Below, in pieces: positions 1 to 12,889 of a stretch of 64,000 bases of DNA (the stretch's first letter is position 1; every line of letters starts with the position of its first letter). The position numbers and the translations under genes are program-made. This DNA comes from Azolla caroliniana (Eukaryota; Plantae; Polypodiophyta), in the NCBI GenBank assembly GCA_043228905.1, contig JBHGNT010000022.1, positions 7,688,001 through 7,752,000 on the forward strand, given 5' to 3'. Under the pieces are notes generated by a model. That model saw only the letters and a list, made by a program, of their open reading frames with translations, was not told where the DNA came from and did no database searches.

Positions 1-199
1 ACCACGTTTTGGGAGATCTAGTTTTTATCTATAATTGTAAGCTATATAGTTTTTTGATCATGGATACCATATCAAGTCTATTTCATGAGGGTTACACATA
101 TGATATGAACATTATTCAGTACGTAGTGTTTGTATCATACATGAAATTTATGCTATCAACAATGCAACCTTTGATTAAATAGGTGATGATTTCATATAT

Positions 200-3100
200 G
201 TGATTATAATGCATCGGTCACACAAAAACCATGTTAAAAAGCATTGCATCTATTGAAATGTTCTAGGGAGGTCCGCTTACAAGGGATATCGAATTAAAAA
301 CATTGGATGCTGCTAATGATCTTCATGGTTTCTAAGAAAGTGTTTTGATGTGAATGGCAAGTTGATTAGTTTTGTGTCATTGAAGGAAGGGAAATGCCAT
401 TTTTGTCTATTCTTGTAAGACATTATCAAAATATCTTGGTTACGAAAAATCAAAGCAATGAATTTTCTTAGTTGCCATTCATTTTTCATCATTTTAGTAC
501 TATGCGTGAAATGAGGAGAATGTTTGCAAATTGCTTCATGATAGAGAGAGTTATGACAATATCACGTCAAATTTGAATGTTTTTGAATGCATGAGTAAAT
601 CCATTGTAGCGTTTTATGATCTGGTATTCGTGACGTTCATTTGCCATTGTGTTTGTTTCATTGTATTATAATAACGATGCAAAATGTTGTTGATGTGCAA
701 ATTGAGGTTGTGATTACTATAATGTCGGCAATATAATCGAGCTTATCATCTTGTTGCAGTTAATTGTAATCATGATCATTCTTACTCTTACAATATTGAA
801 TTATTGGATTGGTTTTGTGGTCCCTCTTATCATGGGTAACGTGTTCATCATATCATGAAATGATTTAAATATTCACCAACTTGAATCTTGTGCGTGTTAA
901 ATAATCATCATGATTCACATGATTGTATACTACCTTGTTGTATTAAAAAGCATATATGAAATTGTTTTATTAAAATATCCATCTTGGTACCACTAGAATG
1001 TAAACAAGAATCTACCACCAATTGCCAAAGGAACCTCAAGGAATCCTCAAAGTTGTAAAAATTGAACTAAAACTAACATTTTAAGAAGAAATGATAAGTT
1101 TGCAACATGTTATGCATAGTAACTTGAACAGTTCCTTAGCATCAACTAAAGAAGCATTGTTGTGTTGAAATTCCAAACCTTAGGTTGTGAAACAAGTGGG
1201 TATATATCCATAACAAAAAGTTTGCTTGCTCTTGGACAAGATAAAAATATGGACTATTTGAGTATGTAGAATGTATCTCAAGTTTCAACCAATACTAGAG
1301 TTGTTAGGTTTGAGCCCATTGCCTCAATGCAATAAATAATGCGGCTTACCAATTAACATCCAACAATAATTTGTAATTTATTTACCATCTTGTAATTTTG
1401 CAATCACTAAATGGTAAATTTTGGGTTTGCATTTCCATTGTGTATACACAATATGTATACATGTGATCATGTATTTTGTTTGTGCATGCAAATGCGTATG
1501 CTAGATCAATAAAGAAGGTACCAAGTAAACCTATATGTATGTGTATGGGAATGCTAGATAGCTAAAAAAGGTATCAATGAGAACTCCACATTGTTGTCAA
1601 AAGAAATAAAAGCAAAAAGTAGATAGGAATTATAAAAAAACACTATTTAAGGTTGTAGCTATTTAAAAGCTGCTAGCAAACTAAATGTTAACAAATAAAA
1701 CCCACAAAGTTATGCGTAACATTCATAATCTACATGTAACCTATCTATTTACCCAATAGAAAAGTAGAACAACATAAAGCTCTTAAAAGAAATACTAACA
1801 ACTGTACGAAATTAATCTATGTTGACATAATTATTTTGTTTAAGAGCTGACAAAAAGAGGATTACAACATAAGATGTTGAGTGATCTCATCATTTATCCA
1901 AATGATAGAATTATCAATGGACATAGAAATATCAAATATAAAAACTAGGACATGTTACATAAGTTTCTGTGCATGGGAGATAATTACCTAGTCTACATAG
2001 TTGCTAAATATACAAACACGATGGGACTTGTCCTACATGTCATTGCAAAAGAGGCTTAGTTGTCCTAGTGCATGCTCTACTTATATGATAAATCCTAAAG
2101 GTATAGTGTACTACCACCTATTGTGTATGAGTTTAGATCACCGAGAGAATTATGAATATGTATCTAGAAATTTAAAAAACAACTTTGCTTAAGCGATGAG
2201 GTACACAAATATTTAGTTGAGCTAAAAGATCATTGTGACACTTTTCTCTCCAAAAGTATGGACCACACAAAAACTAGAAGAAGCAGAATTAGTTGAAATA
2301 AAAAAGAATTGAAAGTTTTTATAAATGTGTCTTAGAATCATAACATCAAACTAGATATGAGGAGAGTTACAAATATCTTCTTGTAGATAAAAATTGAGGA
2401 GATTCAAAAACACTAAAAAAAACATACTTGCAACGAGAAAAACAATGAGTTAAAAACAAATGGTTTTGTTACTGATCAAGCAAATCAAGTCATGAAGATA
2501 CCTTACTTAGTATGACAACATTTGGAAATTGCTTAGACCATAAAAATGGTGATGTTCATTGAGGGACTTATCCTAAGATTGCTTCATTCATAGACAACAT
2601 ATATCCCACAAATAGTGAAATGGCTACATGTCACCATTAGAAAACAAACTGTAAGCACTATTAGGATATTGTTGTTGGAAGACACATAAGTTCTTCGGTT
2701 CGAACTTAAAATTGATGCATATATTAAAAAAACCGAACTATCCATACCTAAATTAATTGTAGAAAATGCTTAATTGATTATATGCCAATCCCAATTGAAA
2801 TTTCAGCATCCATTAATACTATTAAGAAATCATGTGTCTATTTATAAGCGAATGTGAATAAATCAATTTAGCAGTAAACATTATTCATCTTAAACTAACC
2901 ATATGTATAAACAATATGCACAATTATTCTTTTCATATAGTCAAAAATTTAGGACAAATAGTCAGGGGTTTTTGTCATGAAGGTAGCATCAAATTCATTC
3001 TCAATCAAGCCCCTTAAAGATAAAAAGCCTAAGAATTGGCAGTACATTTGATAAAGTATGTCGTGAATTGATATAAGATGATTAAAGGGATAAATATCTA

Positions 3101-5100
3101 AAGACTTTTTTAAGATGAGAGAGGCAAGATGACCCCAACGTTCTTTAGCATGCAATGTCTTGTAATATTACGACCAATAAATAAAGATATGTAGGTTTCT
3201 AGGCATAATGATTACCTTTTACCTAGTTTTTTGAAACAAAAAAGACTTCAATAGATACATGTTACGAGTCAATATTATATGAAAGGAGAACTTACCTAGG
3301 TAATTGTTACATATATCGAAGTTTATGAAAAAGCCATCCAAAAATTGGAAGTACCAAACGGTCATTCCTCCACAACGTGGAGCTAGACTGAAGAATTAGT
3401 GTTATATGCGGGAGTTCACTCATAATTAAGACCAAATAACAACCATTAATTTGCGATGACTTTGTTTCACCACAATTTCTTGGCATGACATAATCGGTAT
3501 TTAATTAGCTCTATGCAAAAGGAATTGCGATTTGGTAATTTGTCATAATCTAGATGGGTTTTTAAGCATGTTTTCGTAATTCTTTTGGGATTCCCCAAGA
3601 TGGTTTCTTGCGAACAACTTACTTAAGAGTACAGATGTGTACATCCAAAATTTGACTTTCTACCCCAAAATGATAATGTATGGTGACATGTAGATTATAG
3701 AATAGGATTGATTGAACATTGTAACATTGAAGTGGATTATCAAAAGGTTCGGATTTTAAAGCGTGACATTAACAAGTATATAAATTTTTTTGGTACACGG
3801 TATAACTTTATGTATATTAAGGAAAGTAGTAAATCACGTGAACATTTTCCATTACTAAGGAAATATTGTAGTATTTATCATTTGTATAAAAAAGTAAAAG
3901 GAATATAGTCCTTTTTATGTAGATCCAAGATTGTGAATAGTCACTGACTCACTTAGCTCATGTGACTTATTTAAGATTTAAAGTACTAAATAGAACTAGG
4001 ATCAGGTGAAGCATGGGGCTACATTTGTTTACAATGAATCGACATGTGACAATACTCACCGATGGTTGGGACTTGACATGTACATGTTAATTTCCTAGGA
4101 CATTTTCCTTTAGAATCTCAATTATTCCAACATCTCTTGATCTTTGTAATCCTTTATCTATCTATCTATCTAATTTTAAATATAAACTTAGTGGGAGTCT
4201 TTGGTGAACTTTAATCAACTTACTAACAAATAACAAAATAAAAGTAATTGCGTTCATTATGATAATGATTCAAATGCATGAATTCCAATAGATTTTGAGA
4301 ATGTGAAAAGAAACTTTAATCTAGTGAATATTCATGAATGAAATGCTAATATTAGGTCTTGATAAATGCACTTTAAAATTTAAACTATTGATTTTTATAC
4401 CCAACAAAATATGACATGGTCTCTTTGAACATTGTTAGAGGGAAATCACACGTTTCTTATCTCTCAGTTGCCAAATTTCGAGTTTCTTTATGTTTGGATG
4501 TAACTTCCAAATTAGGTTGGATTCTTTCGTCTTACCTTTCACAACCATCGAGAAGGATGTACTTGGAGGATTATCGAAGACCATGTCATCGAATTGTAAA
4601 CTTCACAACCATCGTGAAGCTCATTGCGAAATGTTTGAACCCTCACTATCTCTTGGGAAATGGTTCGCGATGAAATCATCCATGCACTCATCGAAGTATG
4701 CATGTAGTAATTATTGCATATGTTCTCTCCAATGAAAGAACATCTATTACATATTGTTTGCGTGCTCCCCGTCATAATTTGCAAAGAGGCAAAACTCCAT
4801 GTAATATTATAGAACTAACACATACTTCTCAAGCGAGAGAACTTTCTGTCGAGACAAAATGTGAAACATGCGCCTTAGGACATCGTAAAATACTATTTAA
4901 AGTTAAATTTGCTTTACGTTTGGCAACCTTCCAGGATATTCACCACAATACAAGGTTAAAGATGTTCATATATCGATTATTTATTCTTAAATAAGATATA
5001 TCCTTATAAAAAAGCTTCTTTCTCATACTCTGTAGTATTTTTAAAATTGATTGTATTATGACTAGTTTCCAACATACAATCGAGCCTTTTATACATATCG
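200..5100 (-). mobile_element. Highly decayed Helitron Rep-helicase remnant
   Basis: Minus-strand fragments read by eye occur in RepHel order: KVLSLEKYVLVL*YY/GVLPLC (~4850-4780, cf. YVIEFQxRGLPH), YFLSNGKCSRD and *NPNLL (~3870-3720), HLASLILKK..PFNHLISIHDILYQ..GLIENE (ORF 2949-3155, cf. YLRLLL..SFEDL.TVNG..GLL), IIWINEITQH and FVGFIC*HLVC*QLL (~1920-1660, Pif1 motifs II/III). Many stops and frameshifts; ends not defined. Confidence 0.55.
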
Positions 5101-5379
5101 GTTTTATTGGACAAGCTGATAAGATTCGAAATGATGTGCCTTTTCTCTTACCCAACCATGAATATTCAAATATCCATATTCAACAACTAATAAAAAATAA
5201 AATAAAATAAAAGGGATTACATGTTGTGGGCTTGTTTGCTTATCCGACTATGGCTCGTCGATATCTAAAAACTAATACTACTACTAATAATAATAACAAT
5301 AAAGGGATTAACACATGGCACACTCATGGGCATGGGCATGAAGTCCATTCAAACCCATCGAATCACATGTAATTCCTCA

Positions 5380-6300
5380 TCAAAACTTCGCCATGTGTCA
5401 TCCCTTGATCAATTGACATTAATGAAAATTTAGAAATTCCCGTTTATCCTTGCAACTTGGGAATGGATTTAGTGGAATCTTCCCGAAGGATGGTTTGATT
5501 CAATAACCATTGACTCCCCTCTCAACTACTTCTAATCAAAGTGTGTCGAGCTCGAATGTAACATCTTCGATAACATGTACAAGTCAGTATGGTCCTACCA
5601 ATCAATGTTTGAGTTTTCTTGGTTTGATACCCATTGTTTGTGTGGATAACAAACACTACGTTTCCCACCTACATTATTCACTATCTTTCTTTCATCAATG
5701 ACGACTGATGAATGATTTTGTCCTTCTTCTCCAATCTTGAGCAATTCAAAATTTCAAATGTTGGACGATGCATCTTCATTGAGACTCTCCTTCACCTAAA
5801 TGTTCAATGAATTTGTGACTAATTCCATCGGAAATAGTAAGCCATGCACCAATTCGAACGATGTCAAATCGATTGCTGCTTTGAATGAAGTTTGATATGC
5901 CCATAATGCCAACTGTAGTTTTCGATTAGAATTGGTTCAATGTTCAATCACCACCTTCCTCAATATTCTTTGTAGAGTCTTGTTGGACAATCTGCCAACC
6001 CATTTACATAAAGAATAGTATACAATACTCTTCTTGTGCACCATCAAATGTCTTGTTGTGAGCTCCCAAAAGACTTTTTTGATGAAGTGACATCCCTCAT
6101 CACAACTGAATCGAGTCATGATATTTTCATATAGATATTGGGCCTTCGATTCTATTGAATTCTTTGACAACACCTTCTCTTCGACCCATTTCGTATAATA
6201 CTTTGTATCTACTATAATGGACTCATTGTTGGTGTGTGTTATTGTTGGAATGAAAGACCAGACAAACTCTAGACCCACTCTAGGAACCTCTTTAATGGAA
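5380..6300 (-). pseudogene. Ty3/Gypsy (non-chromovirus-like) integrase fragment
   Basis: ORF 5937-6278 GLEFVW..YYTKWVEEK..YLYENIMTRF..HKKSIVYY..NKTLQRIL resembles the Gypsy integrase core (WGLDFVGP..TKWVEA..YYPQ.NG..NK.L). Confidence 0.75.
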
Positions 6301-6336
6301 ACATTGGTTTATGTATGTTAGGATAATATATATATA

Positions 6337-6435
6337 TGTAAAAGATTACATGTGGAAGCTTATACATAAGACACAACCGGCTTGAACAAACACTTGTTGA
6401 TAATTAGGTATTCATAGAGACGGAGAATACATAGA

Positions 6436-6477
<42 letters not shown>

Positions 6478-6558
6478 CAACTGCTAGCTTCTTCAACTGA
6501 TCCGATATCCCGCTTCTTTAGCCGATTTGGCTCATGTTGAGCTTGTCTCTCAACAACA
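6337..6558 (-). mobile_element. Copia family B 3' LTR, with PPT at 6559-6567
   Basis: Minus strand reads GGGGGGGAG|TGTTGTTGAGAGACAAGCTCAACA...CTTTTACA. Termini match those of the LTRs at 37194 and 62108. Contains a (GA)n tract at 6439-6475. Confidence 0.75.
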
Positions 6559-6617
6559 CTCCCCCCCAACCTCAACTTGAGGTTCCTTGTCAGCTCCAAC
6601 TTATCTTGGCTTCACGC

Positions 6618-7617
6618 TGTCGTATTCGCACACTACGTGAAAATTACATTTTTTGTTCCTCCGGATGGGACATGGAGAGCGGGCAAGAACCGGATGAAGA
6701 GTGCCCAGTGAGAACCGGACGAAGCAGACCCGACAAGAGCCGAATGAAGAAGGCTGGTGAGAGTCGGTGAGAAACGGTAAGGAGAGCCGGATGGAATCGG
6801 ATGAAAGAGGAATCGACAAGGAGGAATCGGTAAGGAGGACCCGATAAGGATAACCGGATGGAATCGGATGAAGGAGGAATCGGCAAGGAAGACCCGGTAA
6901 GGAGACCTGGTGAGAACCGGATGAAGAAGGCCGGTGAGAGTCTCTCACCGAATGAAGAGACATATTTGTAAATAGAAGAAAGTATAAAAAATATATATTA
7001 CATGCATAGGGCAAGATTCAAACCTTGCACCTCCATGTTAATAATGTTAAGCTTTATCACTATACTAGCATATTATGAATTTTAAAGTTATGCTAAACTT
7101 TATCCCATGTAAATATTCTAGATATGCATGGTACAAAAAGTTACTCATACATGCACACTCGAGTTAAAAGAAAAGATGGGATAGAAAGCTAATCATGCAC
7201 ATGTAGTGTGCATGAAAACTAAAGTTAGAAAAAGCATGTTAGATAAAGCATATAGTCTATAGTTAGAGAAAAAGCATGGATTGTGAAGACTCTCTCATCA
7301 CTATATAAGGATGAGGAGCACAATGTAATAGGGTGTGTGAAAAATATTTCGGAAATTGGATATATTTCCTAAAACACCACCAATTAATATAATATATCCG
7401 TGGGATTCACGAATTTGTGATAAAAATTGTCTTTTACTATCTAAATATTGATTAAATACACTAAACTCGTGGGATTCACAAGATTCATAACTTACCTATC
7501 TTTCTAATAATCTATTCATAACTATAAACTTATCTCAAATTCTTCCTCCTCCTAGTCCAAAACCCCAGTGGTTCCCACCCGACTCACGCAAACAATCCGA
7601 AGCCGTAAGGCACGACA
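6618..7617 (+). mobile_element. Solo Gypsy-type LTR, family X, with 4-bp TSD ACGC
   Basis: TGTCGT...ACGACA termini, with ACGC at 6614-6617 and 7618-7621. Reverse-complement homolog of 16073, 31777 and 34543. Includes a ~300-bp insert (6655-6975) of Copia C/D-type CCGGATGA LTR repeats. Confidence 0.85.
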
Positions 7618-7823
7618 ACGCCTTCTTGCTCACACACCCCAACCCATCTGATCATGTGCTCCTCAACCCGTCCGGTCAACTTGTCTGCTCCCAAGGCCTT
7701 TGATGTCCTTCTTCTTAACTCTACGGATTCGGTGCTCTTCGACCCATCCGGTCCTCCGTATTGACGTTGGCTTCGACTGCCTCCTAGTGAAATTAGACTC
7801 TCATCAAGAGTACCGAATTCTTC

Positions 7824-10800
7824 TGTTGAATGCGGGTCTCTAATGGATGTATTCACACCGTCTCCCTTTGTACACACTAGGTTTAGGCTATTTATGTAAA
7901 TAGTGAGAAGGGCAGTTGCCCTAAGTTAGTTAGTATATAAATTGACCTTGTAACCTGGTTGAAAGGGGGTTGAATAATTTAGTTCATCTTGTGCCCAACG
8001 TCTCTCTCTCTCTCTCTCTCTCTTGTGTCTTGCTTGCATACTGTTTTCGGTTCTCTAGTTGCAATCAATATTATTCATTGCATCGATCAAAGATCCCCAC
8101 ACAGAAGAGTGTTGATTTTGTTCTGCACTAGACGTTCGCGTCTACAACATCTGGTATAAGAGCTCGAGGTTCTTTCGATTCTACTATTGCCGTATATCTA
8201 GTTTCCATCAAGAACTCTTCTTTTGTACACCGTGAAGATCTTGGTTGGCAACTCTCTACCAGATCATTTTTGTGAAGAGAGACACTAACAAAATCTGCAC
8301 TCCACTGTTCTAAATCACCATTGAAGTCAGCCAATGGACTGCACTTCACTCCTGTGATTGTAGCCGCTCAGATTGAGATTTCGCTTCACAACATCTCTGC
8401 CTCAGTCGTACTACATTGGATTAGACAACAATTGAATAGGTCACCTGACGCTAGTCACTCGCTTGTCGTAATCACTCGTAGTTGTCTTGGCTCCAGGAAC
8501 AACCCCCTTTTGTGCTTCATCCGGCTAGACAAAATAGCAAAAGATTAGCTGAATCTGTTCCTCTCATTGTCGTAGTCACCTGAAGCAGGATCGACCTGGA
8601 TAATCAACACATACTATGTGTTCGAAAATCTCAAAAATCGACATTCAAAATTGAATCTACATACTTGGGTCTAATCAACTAGGTTAGTAAGCCGTAGTCA
8701 CTTCGGATCTAGTCTCTCGAATTTCAAATTAGATTGAGCTTGTGTTCAAACAAAGCTAGAACGAATTCGGGCGAGCTAATCTGCTGCACCCAACCACTGT
8801 TCATAGCCAACCCCGAACAAAGCTCCCCAAGATCAACATAGATGGCATCAACATCCGGTTCATTAGAGATGAGTCTAAGGAAGTTCGACGGATCGAACTT
8901 GAACTTCTGGAAGGAGTAGATGCAATACTATCTAATATTCAAGGGGCAAATCGACCCCATCGAAAACGAAAATGCTCCTGAAGGATACAAGCCACTTGAA
9001 TAAGAGAAGCTCGATAGAATTGTCCAATCATGTTCGACTGCCTTCCAACTATGGAAGACACTCTCAGACACCTACGAAAAGAAGGTAGCTGCTACGAAGA
9101 TATATTTGATACGACACCTTTATAACATTTGGATGAAAGAATCCGATCTGGTCCAGGAACACCTCAATGAGTACGTAAGTTTGAGCTCCCAAATTTCGGC
9201 TAAGGGGATGACTATCGAGGATGAACTAAGAGCAATGCTGCTTATGAGTAGTCTCCCTCCTTTGTGGGAAACTCTCGTCACAATTGTGTGCAACTCATCA
9301 ACTGCGGCCGTGAAATACTCCTCAGGCACAAGCGCAATTTTGACTCAAGTAGCTCGGAGGAAATCGTTTGCAAACGATTTGACCGACCGATCGACCAACT
9401 GAGGAAGAGATTCTTCACGGTTGTCGAACAACCAACGAAGTTGGAGCAAGTTCCGGGATAATCGAGTTTGCAATTATTGCAAGAAACCCGGACACATAAA
9501 AGCCAATTGCCATGCACTCAAGGCCAAAAATGAGAAGGCTCACCGAGCGGATCAGAAGAGTGACCGGCATGAGGAGGTTAACTACGTCGGCTCCTCAACC
9601 GAGGTATTGTCGAACGACCCGAACATACTATCCATTGAAAACCTAGTCGAATCAAAAGTTTTGCTTATGACTGAAGAGTCAAGCACTTGGCTCTTGGACT
9701 CGGGCGCTTCATATCACGTAACTCCTCATCGATCACAATTTCGGCAATACTCGGCTTGACATTCCGACTCGTCCGAGTTGGAAATTCACAACACTATGCG
9801 ATTATCAGAATCAGCACAATAGAACTCAACCTTCCGGGTGGCTCTACACTAGTACTACACAATGTCTAACACGTACCCGAGTTCTCAAGAGCTTTGATCT
9901 TAGTCGGACAATTGGACGAAGACGGCATCCGTGCCGGATTCTCATCAGGAGGGTGGACACTCCACATGGGGAACCTCCTACTTGCTCGAGGACTGAAAGT
10001 ACACTCGTTGTACCCGTTATATGTCACACTCAAAGAGGGTGACTGGTTCTTGGTCGAAATTCCCGTGTCATCACTTTGTCATGGACGACTCGGACATCTC
10101 AGCAAGGCCGGCATCACACATGTATCTAGAGCCGGATACATCCCTAAACTCTCCTTCTCGGATCATCAATTCTGCGAGCACTGCCAGTATGGCAAACAAA
10201 GCGCAACCTCACACATGACATTAGCACCGAGAGAATCGAGTCCACTGGATTTGGTGCACTTGGACGTCTGTGGCCCCATGCTACATCAATCTCTCAATGG
10301 TGCCTTGTATTTTGTCAACTTTATTGATGACTTGACTCGGAAGGTGTGGGCATATTCGATAAAGACCAAAGATAGAGTGTTCTTAATTTTCTTCGATTGG
10401 CTCGCTATGGTCGAGAATCAGTCCGGACCAATAATGGAGGAGAGTTCAAATCTGAAGAATTCTTTAGATTCTGCCAACAACGCGACATACGATGTGAATA
10501 TACAACACCCCACAGTTCGGAGCAGAATGGATTTGCCGAGCGGATGAATCAGACAATTCAAGAAAGGATAGTTTCCATGCTTCAACACTCCGGACTATCA
10601 AATGTCTTTTGGACAGAGGCTCTGCTTACAACAGTACACATAATCAATATGTCGCTGAGTAGGCCTCAAGGACTTTGGATACCTCAGGAATTATGGACTG
10701 GTAGTAAGCTGAATTACGATAAGCTGAGGATTTTCGGGTGCGAGGTGTATGCCTTCATCCCGAAAGACGATTGCCATAGACTTGCGCCAAGGTCCAGGAA

Positions 10801-12730
10801 ATGCATTTTCCTCGGTTATGGACTAGATGGTGAAATCGGCTACCGACTCTGGGACCCCGAGCACAGACAAATCATCCGAAGTTCGGACATAGTGTTCAAT
10901 GAGTCAGCCATGCATCAATCGACCGAAAAACCGATTGAAGTTCGAAGGGTAATTTTTTCGGATGTGCTAACCCTTTACGAAGGCCCAACCCACAACACAA
11001 GATCGGCTTCACGGGTAGCCGAAACCTCTAGTACTGGATCGACAGCATCCGACTCGACATAGTCGAATGTTTCAGCTTCTGACCATCCAACTTCGACATA
11101 TGATGCGACTAGTCCAGTCATACCTCGAAGATCCGAGAGTCTGTCGCAACCCCCAGAGAGATACTCTCCTGGAATCTTTTTTATGGACGCCAAAGAACCG
11201 ACATCATACGAAGAAGCAACAACATCTGCCGATTCGGCCACCTGGCATCTGGCCATGGAGTCTGAAATGAACTCCATTCGAGCAAACCAAACTTGGGACT
11301 TGGTCGAACTACCAAAAAATCGACGTGCTCTTCTGTGCAAATGGGTCTATAGAATTAAAGAGACGTTCGATTCGCCCACCAAAAATTCAAGGCCAAATTA
11401 GTTGCGAAAGGGTTTCGACAGGAATATGGCCTCGATTTCGACGAAATGTTTTTCACTAGTGCTGAAAATGACAACCCTCCGCTTTATGCTCGGTGTCATG
11501 GCAGCCAAGAATTTCGAGTTGATTCAACTAGATGTCAAAACGACATTCCTCCATGGTGATCTAGAGGAGGAAATTTATATGAAGCAGCCGAAAGGCTTCG
11601 TCGCACCTGACCAAGAACATCTAGTCTGCCGACTCAGGAAGAGTCTTTACGGCTTGAAACAGGCACCACGATAGTGGTATAAGAAGTTCAATGACTTCAT
11701 TCAGTCGGCTGACTTCTCGAAGAGCGATGAGGACCACTATCTCTTCACGAAAACCGCTTGAGATGGGTCACCCATCTTCCTCATCATCTACGCGGACGAC
11801 ATGCTAATATCCGGTCGGCAAGCTGGAGAGCTTGCCGAATGAGTTCGGCAAATGCGGTTGAAGTTTGCCATGAAGGACCTTGGTCCGGCAAGACACATTC
11901 TTGGCATGAAGATTAGTCGGAATCGAAATCGAAGACAATTGTTTCTGTCCCAATCCGACTATATTACCTATGTCCTCGAACACTTCAACATGCAATTGGC
12001 TAAACTTGCTTCGACCCTACTCCCCATTAGCCTTCGGCTGTCTCAGCGAGACTGCCCGACATCCGGTTCGGAGGTGGGCATTATGAAGTCGGTACCATAT
12101 GCACCGACAATCGGCTCCTTGATGTACGCAATGGTTGCGATACGACCTTACATTGCTCACACCATAGGAGTCGTCAGCAGAGTCATGCACAACCTTGGCT
12201 GATCGCACTGGAATTCAGTAAAGCATGTGTTCAGATATATGGTGGGCACAAAAGACCTTGGCATTCTATACGGCCCGAGCGACACCTCAGGCGTAGTCAA
12301 CTATAGTGACTCGGGCTTTGCCGGCTATGTGGATAGTCGAAAATTGACAATCGGGTACTGCTTTAAGTTCGACAATAGCAGAATCTCGTGGAAATCGAAA
12401 CTTTAGGATTGCACTGCCACATCAACGACCGAGGCCGAATACGTAGATACTAACTTGAACGAAATTTCGATTTGCTCGAAAACCTTGTATCAATCTGTAT
12501 TGTACATTCATTTCGATTTACAGATTCTCGATGTATATGCCCATTACGGGGGAGTGTTGAATGTGGGTCTCTAATGGACGTATTCACACTTCTCCCTTTA
12601 TACACATTGGGTTTAGACTATTTACGTAAATAGTGAGAAGGGCAGTTGCTGTAAGTTAGTCAGTATATAAACCTACCTTGTAACCTGGTTGAAAGGGGGT
12701 TGAATAATTTAGTTCATCTTGTGCCCAACG

Positions 12731-12767
<37 letters not shown>

Positions 12768-12889
12768 TCCTGCTTGCATACTATTTTTGGTTCTCTAGTT
12801 GCAATCAATATTATTCATTGCATCGATCAAAGATCCCCACACAGAAGAGTGTTGATTTTGTTCCGCACTAGACGATCATGTCTACAACA
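7824..12889 (+). mobile_element. Copia F, full-length but degenerate
   Basis: LTRs 7824-8149 and 12555-12889 (TG..CA), TSD TCTTC, degenerate iMet PBS at 8152, PPT at 12546-12554. Fragmented gag with CCHC knuckle (9421-9759), integrase (9894-11062) and RT (11183-12202); RNaseH truncated. Confidence 0.95.
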
